In this document: piece after piece, positions 9,542 through 20,116 of the stretch
Numbering within the stretch: the stretch's first letter is position 1
Layout of the letters: every line of letters starts with the position of its first letter
IMG/VR virus record: IMGVR_UViG_3300033150_000902
Span: 1-60,459 of that record
Reading direction: 5' to 3' (one strand)
Source: a virus
Lineage: Duplodnaviria > Caudoviricetes
Length of the DNA: 60,459 nucleotides
Notes under the pieces: model-generated
The model's database searches: none
Told to the model about the DNA's origin: nothing
The model's input: the letters and a program-made list of their open reading frames with translations, nothing else
Translations under genes and position numbers: made by a program

Positions 9542-11643
9542 TTAGTCCAACCCACTGAAATCGGGCTGTCCGTCCGCCGTCCACTTGGGCTTTGGCGGAG
9601 CAGGGGTCATTTCGTTTTCTTCCTCAGTAGCCTTCATGCGTTCCTCGCCAGCATTGAGTTCAAAATTGCCTTCAGGCTGCGCCAAAACAGCAAGGGCTTT
9701 CAACTCATCCATGCCTTTAGCCCGCAGTTGCTCCTCCGTGAACTGATTTCGTTCGTTAGCCATGATAGCCTTGACCAAACGATCTTTCTGTTCCCGATGG
9801 AGTTTTAGGAATCTGCTTTTCCTCTTGCTGTTCCTGCTTGTCCGTTTCATCTGAAGTATCCTCGGAGTTTGCCTTCACCTCGGCGGCATCATCATTGGCT
9901 TTATCTTCATTCACTTTCGCCTCCGCTTGTTCCGCCTTGGCTTTCACAAGAGATTCAATCTTGTCGAACTGTTCATCAGGCAATTCCTCAAGAAACTTCT
10001 GATCGTTCTCGCAGAAACAACCATTCTCCGCGGAAAGAATAGCCTCTATCCTTTCCTTTCTGTTCTCATCCGCCATCTCTTTTACCTCCTTTCCATTATC
10101 GTCTTTGTTTTCAGAGCCTTCTTCAGAGTCCTCGGAATCCAAGGACTGATCCTGTTTTGAAAGCTCCACATATTCTGATTTAGGAACCACCTCCTTCGGC
10201 TCACCAACGATTTCAACCTTACCGTCCACAATTCGATAATCCCGTTTGAAAAACCTTTCGGCTTCACCCGGCACAATCTCCTTATAGATAAAGTAGTCAT
10301 CAAATACCTCTTCAACATAATTGAAGATTCCTTCAGTTTGCCGAGGTGGTTGGTCCAAACCATCAACATAATTTTGCAGTTGTCCACGCAAATCATCATG
10401 GGAAAGCTCCTCTTCCCCAATCTGAATGCCAAGAGTCTTGCACATCATATGTACAAGCCGCTTGGCAAACCCCAATTGCTGTTGGGCACTGAGCTCGGTA
10501 CCAAACTCCTTGTCCAACAAACTCCTTGCCTTGTCTTGTGCAGATTCTTTAGCGGTATCAGGAATATCCGCTTGCGCCCCCCTGCCACTAATCACCGCTC
10601 GTAAGGCTCCTTCGTTCAATTTGTCTGTTGAAGGATTAACCACCGGGAAAAACACAAGCTCCGCAAAAGTATCTGCGCCAGCGTCACCAAGGAGGCTCTT
10701 AGACGCTATCCACTGTTTCATAGCAGACGGCATCTGTCCCACGCCTGTAATGCCTTCTTCAGGGCGTTCCGCGTCGGTGTTCTTGAAGTAACCATCAATA
10801 AACGCTTCCAAAGTCTTGTCCACGTCAGCCCAGCTAACAGTCTCGGTCCCTGAATAAGACGGATTTCTGGCCGTTGCTCTGATGTTGTTTATCACTTCAT
10901 CTTTACCTCCTTTCTTTATATCTTTATTCGCCCGAATCCCACAACCGTCTTCCCACGAGCAAGCTCCTATTGCCCCGGGGAGCAACGCCAAATGATCTGG
11001 GCGATAGTTCCTTACAATAGAATGATATTCTTCCTCATTCCAAACCCCTTCCACAAGCTCCTCATCACAGTACAACCCTGTTGAAACATCCATTTGGAAT
11101 TGCCGACACTAAAGAGGGCTCAATGGCATTCGCCTTTTCAACATCAATCCAAATCTCGCCTTTGAGTTTGCCGGAATCAAATGACACATTCCACAATCTG
11201 CCCACTACTTGAGTACTTACGATCTCAGGATCGTTACAAGAGATAGGAGTGCCTTCCTGTACTGGATGGTATACAGGGACAGGTATCCCATTCCAAGCCT
11301 CAGGGAATTTTTGTAACTCTTCCGCCGGATAATACACATCATTATGTACACCTTCCACCAGAAGCACTGTAGGAACTACTATGTACTTTCGCCCTTCCCA
11401 TACACGCTCTTGCGGAATGTAGTCCGCCTGATTCATTCGATAACCAGCGGACTTCAAGATGTTAGCTCTGTTGGCAACAGTCCCGTTGGCTTGTCGAATC
11501 GCGCTGGCTTCGCATTCAGACTGAGAGCCCCCGTCAGCCAAGCACCTCTCCAAAACATTGTTTGCCACCTCAACCCATTGCCGCTTTTGGGCATCGGTCA
11601 AACCTTGCTTAAATCGATCTACATCCTCTACTGTCCAAGGCAT
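9542..11643 (-). CDS. Prohead protease/scaffold (ChaB-like N-terminus + DUF2213-like), broken into three ORFs by two +1 frameshifts
   Basis: ORFs 11065..11673, 9756..11093 and 9542..9850 read as consecutive parts of one protein: EGVHN..YYPAEEL...WNGIPV..HP / DVSTG...RPDHLALLP...GACS..DGCG / scaffold tail. Junctions at about 11093 and 9805. Likely start 11643 after GGAGGAG. Confidence 0.7.
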
Positions 11644-11659
11644 TTCTTCATCTCCTCCA

Positions 11660-11797
11660 TCAAACCTCGGCATCGCCTTCAGGATCAGGCGATTCGTCTT
11701 TTGTCAACTTGACCGGTAAAGGTCTCCCTTCCCTATCCACAAAGACGATGGACTCTAACCATTCGTTAAATTCCTTTTCCGATTGTTCGTCTATCAT
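11660..11797 (-). CDS. 45-aa acidic protein coupled to the MuF-topoisomerase gene
   Basis: Hand translation MIDEQSEKEFNEWLESIVFVDREGRPLPVKLTKDESPDPEGDAEV; ATGA overlap with the upstream stop; fills the intergenic gap. Confidence 0.55.
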   Translation of the reverse strand: MIDEQSEKEFNEWLESIVFVDREGRPLPVKLTKDESPDPEGDAEV

Positions 11798-13755
11798 GGA
11801 ATACCTCCTATATAGTCCCATACCATAGGATCAATATAACTGTTTCTGGCCATTGCAGGTGTGTTATGCAAAAACTCACTAACCTTCCTGGATACCTCGC
11901 TTACGATCTTTTTCCTTTCCGTCACAGTCAGTTCTTTCCCCGCGTATTTTTTAAGTTCGTCTCTGGCTATTCTGGTACCGTGATACGTCCTGAAATCCTT
12001 TACCGTATAATTCTTTCCGTCCGCCAATTTTTTAAGGTAACGATTCAGCTTAGTGGAGGGAACGTCAGCAAATAATTTTTCACCTTCCCTTGTCATCATT
12101 TTCCGTTCTTGTAACCAAGGAGCAAGCACATCATCTTCAAGAACGTACTTGGCGTGTTTTCCCTCTTTGGCAATAAATTCCAAAGTAATTTTATTCCCCC
12201 GTACTGTAACGTGTTCATTCAACAGCGTAGTAAGACCGTAAGCCTTTTTTCTTGCCTTGAAATCTTTATCCGTTCCAATTCTGATCGCCGTTTTCTCTTC
12301 CAGTCTCATAAGGTATGCTTCCGGGTGTCCCTGGGCAATACCATCCTCTATTTTCCTTGATATAGCGGGCATGTCACGACTGAACGACTTCACCCGGTTA
12401 AACTTTTTCTGCGCTTGCTCCTTGACAAACTCCGCCGAATATCTGTACTGCCACCGACCGGCAATATCAAGTCCAATGGCCTGTATCTTTTGCGTCGGGT
12501 CTTTTGCGACTACAACACTTCTCCATCCGGGAGGAATTCTCATACTGTCAAGTCTTTTCAACATGGCTTCATCTTCGATCAACTCCCCTTGAAGATACCA
12601 TTTGCCTTCTTCTCGCACGATGTCCCTGCAAGCCTGCGGCCTTTGCAAGACAAAAGGAACCGAGTTAGCCATTAACGTTACAATTCTAGGAGTGCAGGCT
12701 TCCATCCTGCCAATCACGTTCATAGGCTTTTCACGCGCTCCAATTACTCCGGCTTTCTCCCGTTCCAAGGGGGCTCGTCTTGCCTCTCGTACCTCCAATG
12801 GCAGGGCAATACATCGGCACAACGGATGGAAAGGGATCATATTCTCAATTTCTTCAAGCTTGAATACCCTACCTTGTAATGAAGCACAATCACTACATAC
12901 TCTATGATCCCCGGCAGTTGTCCACTCCGCTCTAACTCTTACTCCTTCCACCTCCCAATGTCTGTACTCATTAATAGTGGCGACATGATGTGATCTTATA
13001 ATCTCTGTTCTGGCCAATAACTCCGCCCGTCTCCGCGCCGGGATAAATCTGCCCAACGTATCAGTAATACCAAGATCACCAACAGGACCTGTAATTGTTT
13101 TGGTTAACAATCGCGCCAATCTTCGCGGATTTTCACCATCGGCCATTCCTTGTGCAAGCACCCGCGCCACCTGCTGTTCCATAGTGGTTGTTATGCCTTT
13201 CAACTCGGAAAAAGCACGGGTAGCAACCAGCCCTACACGATCCGCATGAATAGGCAGATTGAATGCAATCCGCAAAGCGTCCGTATCTCCTGGAGCAAGA
13301 GAGGGGACATCGTATCCTGCTTTTACCATTTCATTTCTGGCGCGCAAGACTCCTTTTTGGTATGCTGAATGAATATAAGTATCCGTCCAAGCCTCTCTTA
13401 CCCCCGGCAGCGTACCAGGTAATCTAATGACCTGTGCACCTCTTGCCCCGCCAGATAGTATGAACTCTTTATCCATGCTTTCAAGCCAATCCATAAACGC
13501 GTCCACTTTTTGAGCGGACGTAGCAAAAGCGAACTGCCTTGCTTGTACCCTTTCCATCGCCTGTCGCTTTGTTATCAATGCAACTGGACTCAGTCCGAAT
13601 ACGTCCTTGTCAACTATGGCGTGGCGTATCAAACTTGTGATAATATTAAACCTACGCCTCATCTCAACCGCGAATCTATCCCTTAATGTCTTGGTTCGGG
13701 TAGGGTCCACCTCTTGATTGAAGTGTAGGCGTCTATGTAAGTTATAAGCCAACAT
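11794..13755 (-). CDS. Minor head protein (MuF/SPP1 gp7 family) fused to type IB DNA topoisomerase
   Basis: N-half: RAELLARTE, WTTAGDHRVCSDC, IPFHPLCRC (MuF). C-half: IPPGW, GLD.AGRWQYRY, IRIG, KEGK, KDFRTYHGT, HNTPAMARNSYIDP (TopIB catalytic residues). Confidence 0.85.
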   Translation of the reverse strand: MLAYNLHRRLHFNQEVDPTRTKTLRDRFAVEMRRRFNIITSLIRHAIVDKDVFGLSPVALITKRQAMERVQARQFAFATSAQKVDAFMDWLESMDKEFILSGGARGAQVIRLPGTLPGVREAWTDTYIHSAYQKGVLRARNEMVKAGYDVPSLAPGDTDALRIAFNLPIHADRVGLVATRAFSELKGITTTMEQQVARVLAQGMADGENPRRLARLLTKTITGPVGDLGITDTLGRFIPARRRAELLARTEIIRSHHVATINEYRHWEVEGVRVRAEWTTAGDHRVCSDCASLQGRVFKLEEIENMIPFHPLCRCIALPLEVREARRAPLEREKAGVIGAREKPMNVIGRMEACTPRIVTLMANSVPFVLQRPQACRDIVREEGKWYLQGELIEDEAMLKRLDSMRIPPGWRSVVVAKDPTQKIQAIGLDIAGRWQYRYSAEFVKEQAQKKFNRVKSFSRDMPAISRKIEDGIAQGHPEAYLMRLEEKTAIRIGTDKDFKARKKAYGLTTLLNEHVTVRGNKITLEFIAKEGKHAKYVLEDDVLAPWLQERKMMTREGEKLFADVPSTKLNRYLKKLADGKNYTVKDFRTYHGTRIARDELKKYAGKELTVTERKKIVSEVSRKVSEFLHNTPAMARNSYIDPMVWDYIGGIP

Positions 13756-14087
13756 TATGCGTCCGCCTCGACCTCCGCTATAACGTCAATAGCAACATAC
13801 CCCCAGACAACCCCTTCCGTATTCGTAGCGTCATACACTATAATAGGCACCATGTATCGGTCTGCTGTAATTGACTGGTCACCCAAGGCAAGTCGAATTT
13901 CCCCAGTGTCGTAACCAGACTGTGCCCATGTTATAGGACCATTCGCTGCATCAGTGGATTCAACTAGAGTGTCCTTGAAAGTAGCCGTGATCTTAGTTAC
14001 TCCGCTTAAATCCTGGGCCGTGCCGTCCGCCTTTAGTAGAAGATCGATTGTATTATCGTGCCCTAAATAAACAACTTCAGTTGCCAT
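13755..14087 (-). CDS. Putative virion structural protein (Ig/BppU-like)
   Basis: Beta-rich; DLSGVT motif; in the structural operon. Confidence 0.4.
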   Translation of the reverse strand: MATEVVYLGHDNTIDLLLKADGTAQDLSGVTKITATFKDTLVESTDAANGPITWAQSGYDTGEIRLALGDQSITADRYMVPIIVYDATNTEGVVWGYVAIDVIAEVEADA

Positions 14088-14102
14088 ATTATTTCCCCCA
14101 TC

Positions 14103-14348
14103 CTACTTAGACTCAATCGTTCTAGCTGTAGTCAGACTTGCTATTGTCCTTGCCACTGTTGTGCTTGCTATTGTCCTTAATGTCGTTAAGCTCTCAATGG
14201 TTGTATCAATAATATCCAGTGCCACAGCAACGGCCATTGTCCCAAGCAAGCCTGCGGTAACGGCAAAGCCCGCTCGCTCCGCCGTCGTAGTAGACGAGGG
14301 ATCAGGATAAGTCCCTCTACTTGCTATTGCCAAAAAATCCAAAGCCAT
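14103..14348 (-). CDS. Hypothetical virion protein with T(L/V/A)RTI(A/E)S repeats
   Basis: Coupled to the upstream ORF; 27-bp coding repeats at the C-terminus. Confidence 0.45.
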   Translation of the reverse strand: MALDFLAIASRGTYPDPSSTTTAERAGFAVTAGLLGTMAVAVALDIIDTTIESLTTLRTIASTTVARTIASLTTARTIESK

Positions 14349-17300
14349 TACTCAAGTTTCTTCCTCGTAGTAGTGCCACCAGACGATGTATACGCCGCTG
14401 ATACACTGGCGTATGGAGTAGTATCATCATCCTCATAAATCACCGTGTTTCCCGTGTTTTCATCAATGGTTTGCTTATTGACTACAACTTTCTTGATACG
14501 ATTGATATAATCATTGATACTATCTCCAGTAGGTGAACCAGGAATCGCCGTATCCAAAGCACTATCCACCTCGGCATTAACATCGGCTTTCGCTTGTGTT
14601 CCAAGTTCATTGACTGTACCCACTGTAACCCCGCTTTGATCAGCAGCCAGGTTGAAATCAGACTTGTCTGTTAAAGCTCTTGTAGCTACTGTCCAAACAT
14701 CAGCAGCCGAATGAGTTGACGTTCCATCAATTTGATCACTTAATGTTTCAAGAGTGTCTCCATCTGCTCCAGTCCGTGCTATCTGAGTTGAACCAGTGTC
14801 CGCAGACTTGATCGGAAAAGCAGTGGACTCATCAAACTTAGCCGCAGTGATAGCGTCGTCTGCCAAGTTCATCTCGCTACCAACTGCCGCAGGACTGGCA
14901 GGCAGATTATCTGTTTTAGTCTTGATTGCGTCCACGTTTGAATCTACCGTATCCAGCTTTCCATCATGCGTGCTTTAGTTCTGCGCTGGTAGCAAAGCCT
15001 GTTGCAGTCACCCAATTTCCTTGGTTCGTCTGGAGTTCGTTTGTATCTTCTAAAATCGCATTGATATCCGCCCCATTATCATTGGCTGTCTGAGCAGTGC
15101 CTGATATATGGGTAACATTAACATCCGCGTAAGCATTAAGTATGTAATACTCATCCCCTGCCGCCGGAGTAAATCCAAAAGCACGATCAACCGTGATTTC
15201 TTTTGTAGAACCTGTATAGTCTATAATGCGGCGTGTTTCATAATGACCATCTGTCTTATCTTCCAAGGTAATGATCATGCCGTTGTAAGCGTTATCTACA
15301 GAAGAACCTGAATCTATAATAAACTTAGTGGCATCCGTCGCCGAGACCACATCGCCTTGTACAAGAAACACACGAGATAGATTGTAACCAAGGGTGCCAT
15401 CATCGTGACTGTCATTCGTACTTGACCTTGCCCATACAGCCTTTTGAATTGTATCCGCTGTAAGCCCTGCCGCCTCTTGGGCAACGCTCGCTACATTGAC
15501 ATAATCACAATACCAGACATCCGTACCGGTTTCCGATGTCGAGGTAAACCTGATTTTAACTTCACCGTCCGAAATCTTAACATTATCAATGCCTAAAGCG
15601 TATTCTTCCGTTGTATCCGTTCCCGAATTTCCAAAGTCGTTTGTGGAATTGGATATCTGATCATAGGAGGAAGTATTGTAATTATAAGCCCATACCTGTA
15701 CAGTCCGCTGGGCTCCTGCATCAAAGTGACCTCTGACCACAACTACGGAAGGAATGCGGCCTGTACCGATGCCAAAGGTCAAATTACAATCAAGACCGAA
15801 CCCGCCAACTGCCGCTCCTGGGCTTGTCTCGTAGTAATTAACTCCATCAGCGGTTGCCGTATCGGTATAATCACCATCAACCAGAACCGTATTTCCTTCC
15901 TCGGAATTCGCCGTTGCCGAATGTCCGAGAGGACTTGCGTCCACTAAAGCATCCCGAATTGCTTGTAGACTATCTGTAGTGTTGTCAAAGTTATCCCAGT
16001 CTGCTGTAGCAGATTTGGATACCAACTTGGCAATGATCGAATCATCAGTAATGTCCGTCCCTGTAACTGAAGCACTGATAAGATGGTCAAGTCCTATATC
16101 ACTTAGGGCTGTATCTACTTCAGCATTAACATCCGACTTGGCTTGCGTGCCAAGAGCGTTAGTAGTATCAGTTAAGACAACACCCTGTATTTTATGAGCG
16201 GACGGATCGTATCCCGTATCCACCAAGTCTTTCAAATCAGTAACAGATTGGACATCGTTTTGAATTGTTCCGAGCGTCGAATCCGCAGCTTGTATCTCAT
16301 AATCAGTGGACGAGTTTGGATTAGTAACCCAATTAGGTGAAACCGTAGCTTCTTTAGTTGAACCATTATATGCTGTAATGATTCTGGCTTGTCCTGCGCC
16401 TGTTCCTCCTACCAAGGCGATTCGAGCTCCCTTGTAAATATCATTTGTGCTTGATTCACCCGCCGCCAAAGTAATGCTATTATTCCCTCCGTCTTGAGCA
16501 GTGCCACTTGCAAGAGCGGTAAGTCCCGTACCGCTACCTGTAGTCCAAGCCGCGTCACCGCGATCTCTTATCGCTTCCAAGGAATCCGTAGTATTGTCAA
16601 AATCATCCCAATCCGCCGTGCCTGACTTAGACACCAACTTGGCTATAATGGAATTATCGACAACATCCGTTCCGGTCACCGAGGCTCCTACAAGGTGATC
16701 GAGTCCAATGTCACTTAGAGCGGTGTCCACCTCAGAATTGACATCAGCAGTAGATATGTCATTTAAGGCATCCAAGGTTGTCTTTGTTCCGCTTATACTA
16801 TAACCTGTCTTATCGTTATTGGTCCCAACTATTACCTGATCGGAACTGTTATCAAAATCAGAAATAGTGCCAGCCGGAAGTTTATCATCAATCGCTTTAA
16901 TTCTTTCATTGATACTATTCGCTGTAGGCGATCCTGGGATTTCTGTATTTAAAGCATTATCCACTTCAGCATTTACGTCTGCTTTGGCTTGTGTTCCTAA
17001 AGCATTAACCGTTCCTATTGTCACGCCACTTTGATCTGAGGCAAGATTGAAGTTGCTCTTATCTGTTAAAGCCCGCGTTCCTACAGCCCATACATCCGCC
17101 GCACTGTGACTGGAGCGTGAACTGACAGCTACATCCAAATTAGTAACATCTGCCTTGAAATCATTAACTCCAGAGACCGCTGAGTCATTAACATCCCTGA
17201 TATCTGCCAATACTAACGGGGTTCCATCTGAATTGAAATTGAGGTTATCAGTCTTGGCTTTAATAGCGTCTACATTCGAGTCCACCGTATCGAGCTTGCC

Positions 17301-17825
17301 ATCATGAGTACTCAAAGCCGACGCCGTTGCCGCATTATCCGTCCCACGCATATCCGTATTGGTTGTACAAGTATCGGTCAGGACTACACCTTGAACTTTA
17401 TGAGTGGATGGATCATAACCTGTATCAGCAAAGTCTTTCAGGTCAGTTGCACTTTGAGTGTCCCCACCAACCTGGGTAACATCCACCTGCAACTTATCGG
17501 AGCCATACTTAGAATCCCACACATTAGCAGGCAACACCGCAAACTCTAAACGTACTGCTAACGCACCGGCTACATGTACAAAGATTACTCCAGGGCCTAC
17601 TGTATTGGTATCGGTAGCATCCAGAACGATGTAATAGATACCATTGGACATATGAGTAGCCCCGCCGGAATTTTTATTGACAAGCGATGTTGCTCCCCAC
17701 TTCCAGATTTTGATATCTGTATTGTTAATAGTGAGGGAACCTTCCTCATCATCTCCGTTCGTTGAGTCAAGAAAGTATCCAAGTGGTACTTCTTGATTTG
17801 CTGTTGACTCTCTAAGTTCTATCAT
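14348..17825 (-). CDS. Large repeat-rich virion (fibre-like) protein, interrupted by a +1 frameshift at about 14975
   Basis: 953-aa and 195-aa ORFs join if one A of CTAAAG is removed, restoring the internal repeat LSTHDGKLDTVDSNVDAIK. Asp/Thr/Ser/Gly-rich with modular repeats. Confidence 0.7.
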
Positions 17826-17826
17826 C

Positions 17827-18627
17827 CTACATCATCCTTTGCTCTTTGTAGTGATGTACAAATACTGGAATAGGCACTCCTTCTTCCAAGTAAAAATGCC
17901 TGGCCGAACTTGGCTGGTCGAACATGACGTAAGGGTTAGCATGGAGTAATTTAATCTCGTTTTCAGTTAAAGCCCTGGCATAAATATATACAAACTCAAT
18001 TTGACCATCAAAAAATTGGGGGCCTGGATAGTATGCGGCAATTCTCAGAGCTTCATCAAATGGTCCTGCTGATCCAGTAGCCGAAGACGTCCCTACTGAT
18101 ACCCCATCCCTATAAACCTCATGACTATTTGATGCGCGGGAAACAAAAACAAAATCATGCCACTCATAAGACAGATCACTAACATTCTCGATTATTATAT
18201 TGCCTCCTAAATTACGCCAAAACACACGAGTCCCGCCATTACTACTTACATCGTCATTAGGATATAACAATAAATCATCTGTCCCTGCCCATGCCAATGC
18301 TGGTCTGTCTCTGGTGCCACCATGCTCGTTGAATCTAAATACTGCTGAAAAGTTATATGTAGTAGGCAAAGCTAATAATTCTGGCGATGCCGAGATTGCA
18401 ATATAGTCCGATCCTGAGTTATCAAAATTCAACATAAAACCATGCGGCCCTGCTTGCCAATCAGTTGGCTCCATGTTCGTCATCGTTCCGTGATTTGGAC
18501 CTGCATAGTCCCATACTGTTTCCCCTGCACCCTCATTAAATAGCCAAGCCGCTACTAATCCCCTGGCTAACGGATGGGACTTATCGATCTGAGTTCCACG
18601 AGGAGGTTTTTGTCGGGGAACAATCAT
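17827..18627 (-). CDS. LamG/concanavalin A-like lectin domain protein
   Basis: GLVAAWLFNEGAG, WHDFVF, YRDG, FDGQIEFVYIYARALT. Confidence 0.8.
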   Translation of the reverse strand: MIVPRQKPPRGTQIDKSHPLARGLVAAWLFNEGAGETVWDYAGPNHGTMTNMEPTDWQAGPHGFMLNFDNSGSDYIAISASPELLALPTTYNFSAVFRFNEHGGTRDRPALAWAGTDDLLLYPNDDVSSNGGTRVFWRNLGGNIIIENVSDLSYEWHDFVFVSRASNSHEVYRDGVSVGTSSATGSAGPFDEALRIAAYYPGPQFFDGQIEFVYIYARALTENEIKLLHANPYVMFDQPSSARHFYLEEGVPIPVFVHHYKEQRMM

Positions 18628-19013
18628 CAGCTAATATCCCACCTCCAGCTCTGTTCTTTGGCGGTGATAGTGGCTTCGTTAGCCTCCGAGGACACGTGTT
18701 TGAAACCGACCCGAAAGTGAAGCACGTCCTTGATGATGAAGGAATACTGAACCGTGTTGCCAGCACTGACTTCAAGTTCCTGGGCGAAGAACGGCTCATC
18801 GTCATAATTCGTTCCATCCAAGGAACCATAGAAACTGGCCTGGACGTTCTCAGTACCGGAGGCGTGCCAGGTCACATCTACAATGACATGACTTCCCTCG
18901 TAGCCGTCAGTTTCAAGATCGACATCGCTTGAAAATTCCTCGGTCGTGCCGTTTAAGGTAGTGGCGTTCTCAATAGTGGCTTCGTTTGAGAAAACTCTTT
19001 TTGCAGTTGCCAT
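18627..19013 (-). CDS. Hypothetical structural protein (jelly-roll-like)
   Basis: GSLDGTNYD motif; RBS GGAGG; coupled to the LamG gene. Confidence 0.45.
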   Translation of the reverse strand: MATAKRVFSNEATIENATTLNGTTEEFSSDVDLETDGYEGSHVIVDVTWHASGTENVQASFYGSLDGTNYDDEPFFAQELEVSAGNTVQYSFIIKDVLHFRVGFKHVSSEANEATITAKEQSWRWDIS

Positions 19014-19022
19014 GATTGCCTC

Positions 19023-19310
19023 CTATATCGTCCGAATCTGAATTCGTGTCGGATCAATAGATTCGACCGTGGTCTTGATATCAGATTCAATGGTAGCCAC
19101 GTCCTGCTCTTTGGCTTTTTCAGCCTGGATCATCCGCTCGATGTTAGTCCTCAAAGCATCTCTACCTATGGCTGGATTATATTTGACCGAGTAAGCCCGA
19201 TAGACATTGCCGCCGGACTCATCCTGACCAATGACTTGGCTTGTGTCTTCCACGGTTACAATATAAAGATTGTCTTTCCGTTTGCTGATTGCTTTTAGTT
19301 GGATGGCCAT
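19023..19310 (-). CDS. Hypothetical protein
   Basis: RBS AAGGA; in operon. Confidence 0.5.
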   Translation of the reverse strand: MAIQLKAISKRKDNLYIVTVEDTSQVIGQDESGGNVYRAYSVKYNPAIGRDALRTNIERMIQAEKAKEQDVATIESDIKTTVESIDPTRIQIRTI

Positions 19311-19325
19311 TTTTAAAACATCCTT

Positions 19326-19640
19326 TTATCCAGTATACTTGGTAGCGTCCAAGTAAGTTGCAACCACTTGATATATACTATGTACGATATCCTCAGTCAC
19401 CGTGGCAGTAACCTCAAAAGACCCAATAATCGGTACGCTAACCGTAACAGTTGTTTCCAAGGGAAAAGGGAGGGCCCCCAACGCCCTCATTACAATTCCA
19501 TCTCGGGCGTTCTGAGCCGCCAATAGGGAATCGGCGTTTGCCGGATAATAAGTCTCAGGCTGTTGCAAGTCCCAAAGCTGGCCGTCAAACTCTCGATACA
19601 AGTCTTTACACATTGCAATAATCTCACCAAAAAATGACAT
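19326..19640 (-). CDS. Hypothetical protein
   Basis: RBS AGGAGG; in operon. Confidence 0.5.
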   Translation of the reverse strand: MSFFGEIIAMCKDLYREFDGQLWDLQQPETYYPANADSLLAAQNARDGIVMRALGALPFPLETTVTVSVPIIGSFEVTATVTEDIVHSIYQVVATYLDATKYTG

Positions 19641-19846
19641 TAATTACACCTCCTTCTTTTTTTAATAAGCAGTTGTGTCCAATGATTCAGCGGAAATTTC
19701 TATACCGCCAGTTGAATCCGTGCCGTCACAACCTGTATCTGAAATATCAAACTCAAGCCAGCCTTTTCCTGTCATCAGATTAACAGTAACAATAGTCTTT
19801 TCGGCGCATCCCACACTCTCCCCTGATTTAACGAGCTTAGCAAAAC

Positions 19847-20116
19847 TCATGACGGAGTCCATTTCTTTTGATAATCGAAATTGACGGTATCTATAGTATT
19901 TTCAGGGGTAGGTACAGGATCTTTATACTCACTGCTGTTATTTATTGAATATATCGAGTTTTCACTTGCAGTGGTATATCCTTGGCCATAACCATTACAT
20001 ATGCCTACGCTATACCCTTCCTCATAGCCCTGCTTCTTACCTTGTCTATAAGCAAGGCCAAAACCCACGATGAAAACAACAACGCCCGCAATAAAAACAG
20101 CTAATTCAGAAAACAT
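19847..20116 (-). CDS. Membrane protein with GY..GY repeats
   Basis: N-terminal TM helix; GKKQGYEEGY; coupled to the portal stop. Confidence 0.45.
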   Translation of the reverse strand: MFSELAVFIAGVVVFIVGFGLAYRQGKKQGYEEGYSVGICNGYGQGYTTASENSIYSINNSSEYKDPVPTPENTIDTVNFDYQKKWTPS

